59,229 nucleotides of DNA from a virus (lineage: Duplodnaviria > Caudoviricetes): positions 1-59,229 of IMG/VR virus record IMGVR_UViG_3300028569_001325; one strand, given 5' to 3'. How positions within the stretch are numbered: the stretch's first letter is position 1; every line of letters starts with the position of its first letter. The notes beneath the pieces are model-generated. The model saw only the letters and a program-made list of their open reading frames with translations. It was not told the origin of the DNA and ran no database searches. This document shows positions 57,765-59,229 of this stretch, piece after piece. The translations under genes were made by a program, and so were the position numbers.

Positions 57765-57818
57765 ATTAATTTTTTTTAAAGAATTATTACAATAAAAAAC
57801 TATTTATAAAATAAAACA

Positions 57819-59229
57819 ATGTCAAATAAAAAAATTTCAGAATTACCTTACATAAGTAACACAGATATAGGTGGTTTAGATTTAGTTCCTTTAGTTACTT
57901 ATTTTTCTTCTGTTACTGGAGATACGGTTTACACATACATTAGTGATTTACAATCAACTATATTAAGTGCTACACCAATATCATACTCAAGTCTCACAAC
58001 ATTAATTACAAATAGCGGACTAACCGCAGGAAGTTATTATTTAATGACTGACTTCCAAACGTGTTACGATCAACCAAACTATGATGTTAATGGTACCCCA
58101 ATAACGATTGGTAATTATAAGACAGGAACAACAGAACCTATATTATTATTGGCAATATCAACGACAGGGTTTTCACCTACCGTATATTCTACATTATACA
58201 CTAATGATAAAATAACATACGACATAACTTGGAATACCACTGAAATCACGAGTAGTCCTGCAAAAGGTAGAATCACTGAAAGAATTGATAACTTTAATAA
58301 TAGAACTGATTATGATAACAGAAATATTTTATTTAAAAGATATATTGGTTATTCATATGAAGAAGACCAACCATACAGTGGTCTTGTAGGTATAAGTGGT
58401 TTAACAGGAACTACAGGAGTATTATATGGTAATACCGGAACAACATTTAATTCAAATTTTGGGTCGGGGTCTATTGTCTCAATAAGAAATTTAAATCCTT
58501 CGTTTTTTGAAATTCTTTCTGTTGAGAGTGATTCTTTGGCCATCATATCAGGGGTTACAATAAGTGAAACAACTGATTCTCCTTATTATTTTGGGAGTAA
58601 TGATGGTATAATGAGTTATTACCAACCAAATGTAAGACAGGATGAAGTTTTTGAATACACAACATTTGGTTATGTTATTGATAATAGTGATGCACTTAAC
58701 AACTATATTGGTAACCAAGCTAATTTATTTATCAAACAAGGCACTGGAGATTTTCTTTTGGCGAACAATGTTTTTCTTGACGGCCCAATCGTAAACAATA
58801 CCATTGGTAATGGTTCTTATAATAACACATTTAACGATGATTGTGATAATAATCAAATAGGTGATAGTTTTTATAACAACTCAACGAATGATGATTTTGA
58901 TGGAAATATAATTGGGGAACATTTTAATAACAACTATATCACCTCTAATTTTAATAATAATAGAATTGGTAGTGATTTTAGAAACAATATTTTACTAGGT
59001 GGTTCTTTTTACAGAAACAATATTGGAAATAACTTTAACAATAATGTTTGGACTAATAGTGACTTTCAAAATAATGAAATAGGAAATCAGTTTAATGATA
59101 ATAAAATTTATGGTGACTTCTATAATAATGATATTGGTAATGGATATAATAACAATGAAAGTTATTCAACTTATAATCGTAATTTAATTGGTAACGGATA
59201 TAATGGTAATACGGTATATTCACAATTTT
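57819..59229 (+). CDS. Putative tail fibre/spike with Asn-rich beta-helix repeats; 3'-truncated and absent from the ORF track
   Basis: ATG at 57819 behind TATTTAT; open to the window end. Starts MSNKKISELP...; 9-10-aa NNxIGxxF repeats from ~58700. Confidence 0.8.
   Translation, partial: MSNKKISELPYISNTDIGGLDLVPLVTYFSSVTGDTVYTYISDLQSTILSATPISYSSLTTLITNSGLTAGSYYLMTDFQTCYDQPNYDVNGTPITIGNYKTGTTEPILLLAISTTGFSPTVYSTLYTNDKITYDITWNTTEITSSPAKGRITERIDNFNNRTDYDNRNILFKRYIGYSYEEDQPYSGLVGISGLTGTTGVLYGNTGTTFNSNFGSGSIVSIRNLNPSFFEILSVESDSLAIISGVTISETTDSPYYFGSNDGIMSYYQPNVRQDEVFEYTTFGYVIDNSDALNNYIGNQANLFIKQGTGDFLLANNVFLDGPIVNNTIGNGSYNNTFNDDCDNNQIGDSFYNNSTNDDFDGNIIGEHFNNNYITSNFNNNRIGSDFRNNILLGGSFYRNNIGNNFNNNVWTNSDFQNNEIGNQFNDNKIYGDFYNNDIGNGYNNNESYSTYNRNLIGNGYNGNTVYSQF

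Noticed and set aside
1-59229. Alternative genetic code (TAG/TGA recoding as in some large phages)
   Set aside because: Core genes are full-length under code 11, and TAG and TGA serve as normal stops (e.g. 3467, 31601, 30469).
58600-59229. Diversity-generating retroelement target (AAC/AAT-rich)
   Set aside because: No reverse transcriptase or TR/VR repeat pair is visible in the window; the Asn richness is explained by the protein repeat.

Overview
AT-rich, densely coded segment of a large T4-like (myovirus-type, probably jumbo) dsDNA phage that uses the standard genetic code. The host is most likely a Bacteroidota species. Evidence for this: TAnnTTTG promoters, SD-less A-rich start regions, a Bacteroidia-type bS21, a tmRNA resuming on GGC, and a GEVED/T9SS-like protein. 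The window contains the head module (large terminase, portal, prohead protease, scaffold, major capsid), baseplate/fibre-like genes, a gp55-like late sigma factor, a tmRNA, an N-domain-less ClpC-type ATPase, an M28/M20-type peptidase, ribosomal protein bS21, PhoH, dUTPase, two HNH-like endonucleases and a ~12 kb glycosylation operon. The most notable unexplained signals are: (1) an orphan 15-nt element complementary to the Bacteroidota 16S rRNA 3' end, in a structured intergenic region; (2) a TATTTAT motif before ~25 genes, many apparently leaderless; (3) a shared amphipathic-helix/[ILV]xE leader on more than 10 unrelated proteins, a candidate capsid-packaging and maturation signal; (4) a tmRNA with an atypical 21-aa tag clustered with ClpC and a peptidase; (5) a shared C-terminal GGFNGLNN module; (6) a recoded 3' end of the capsid gene next to an HNH gene. 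All family assignments come from recognising motifs by eye, not from database searches.
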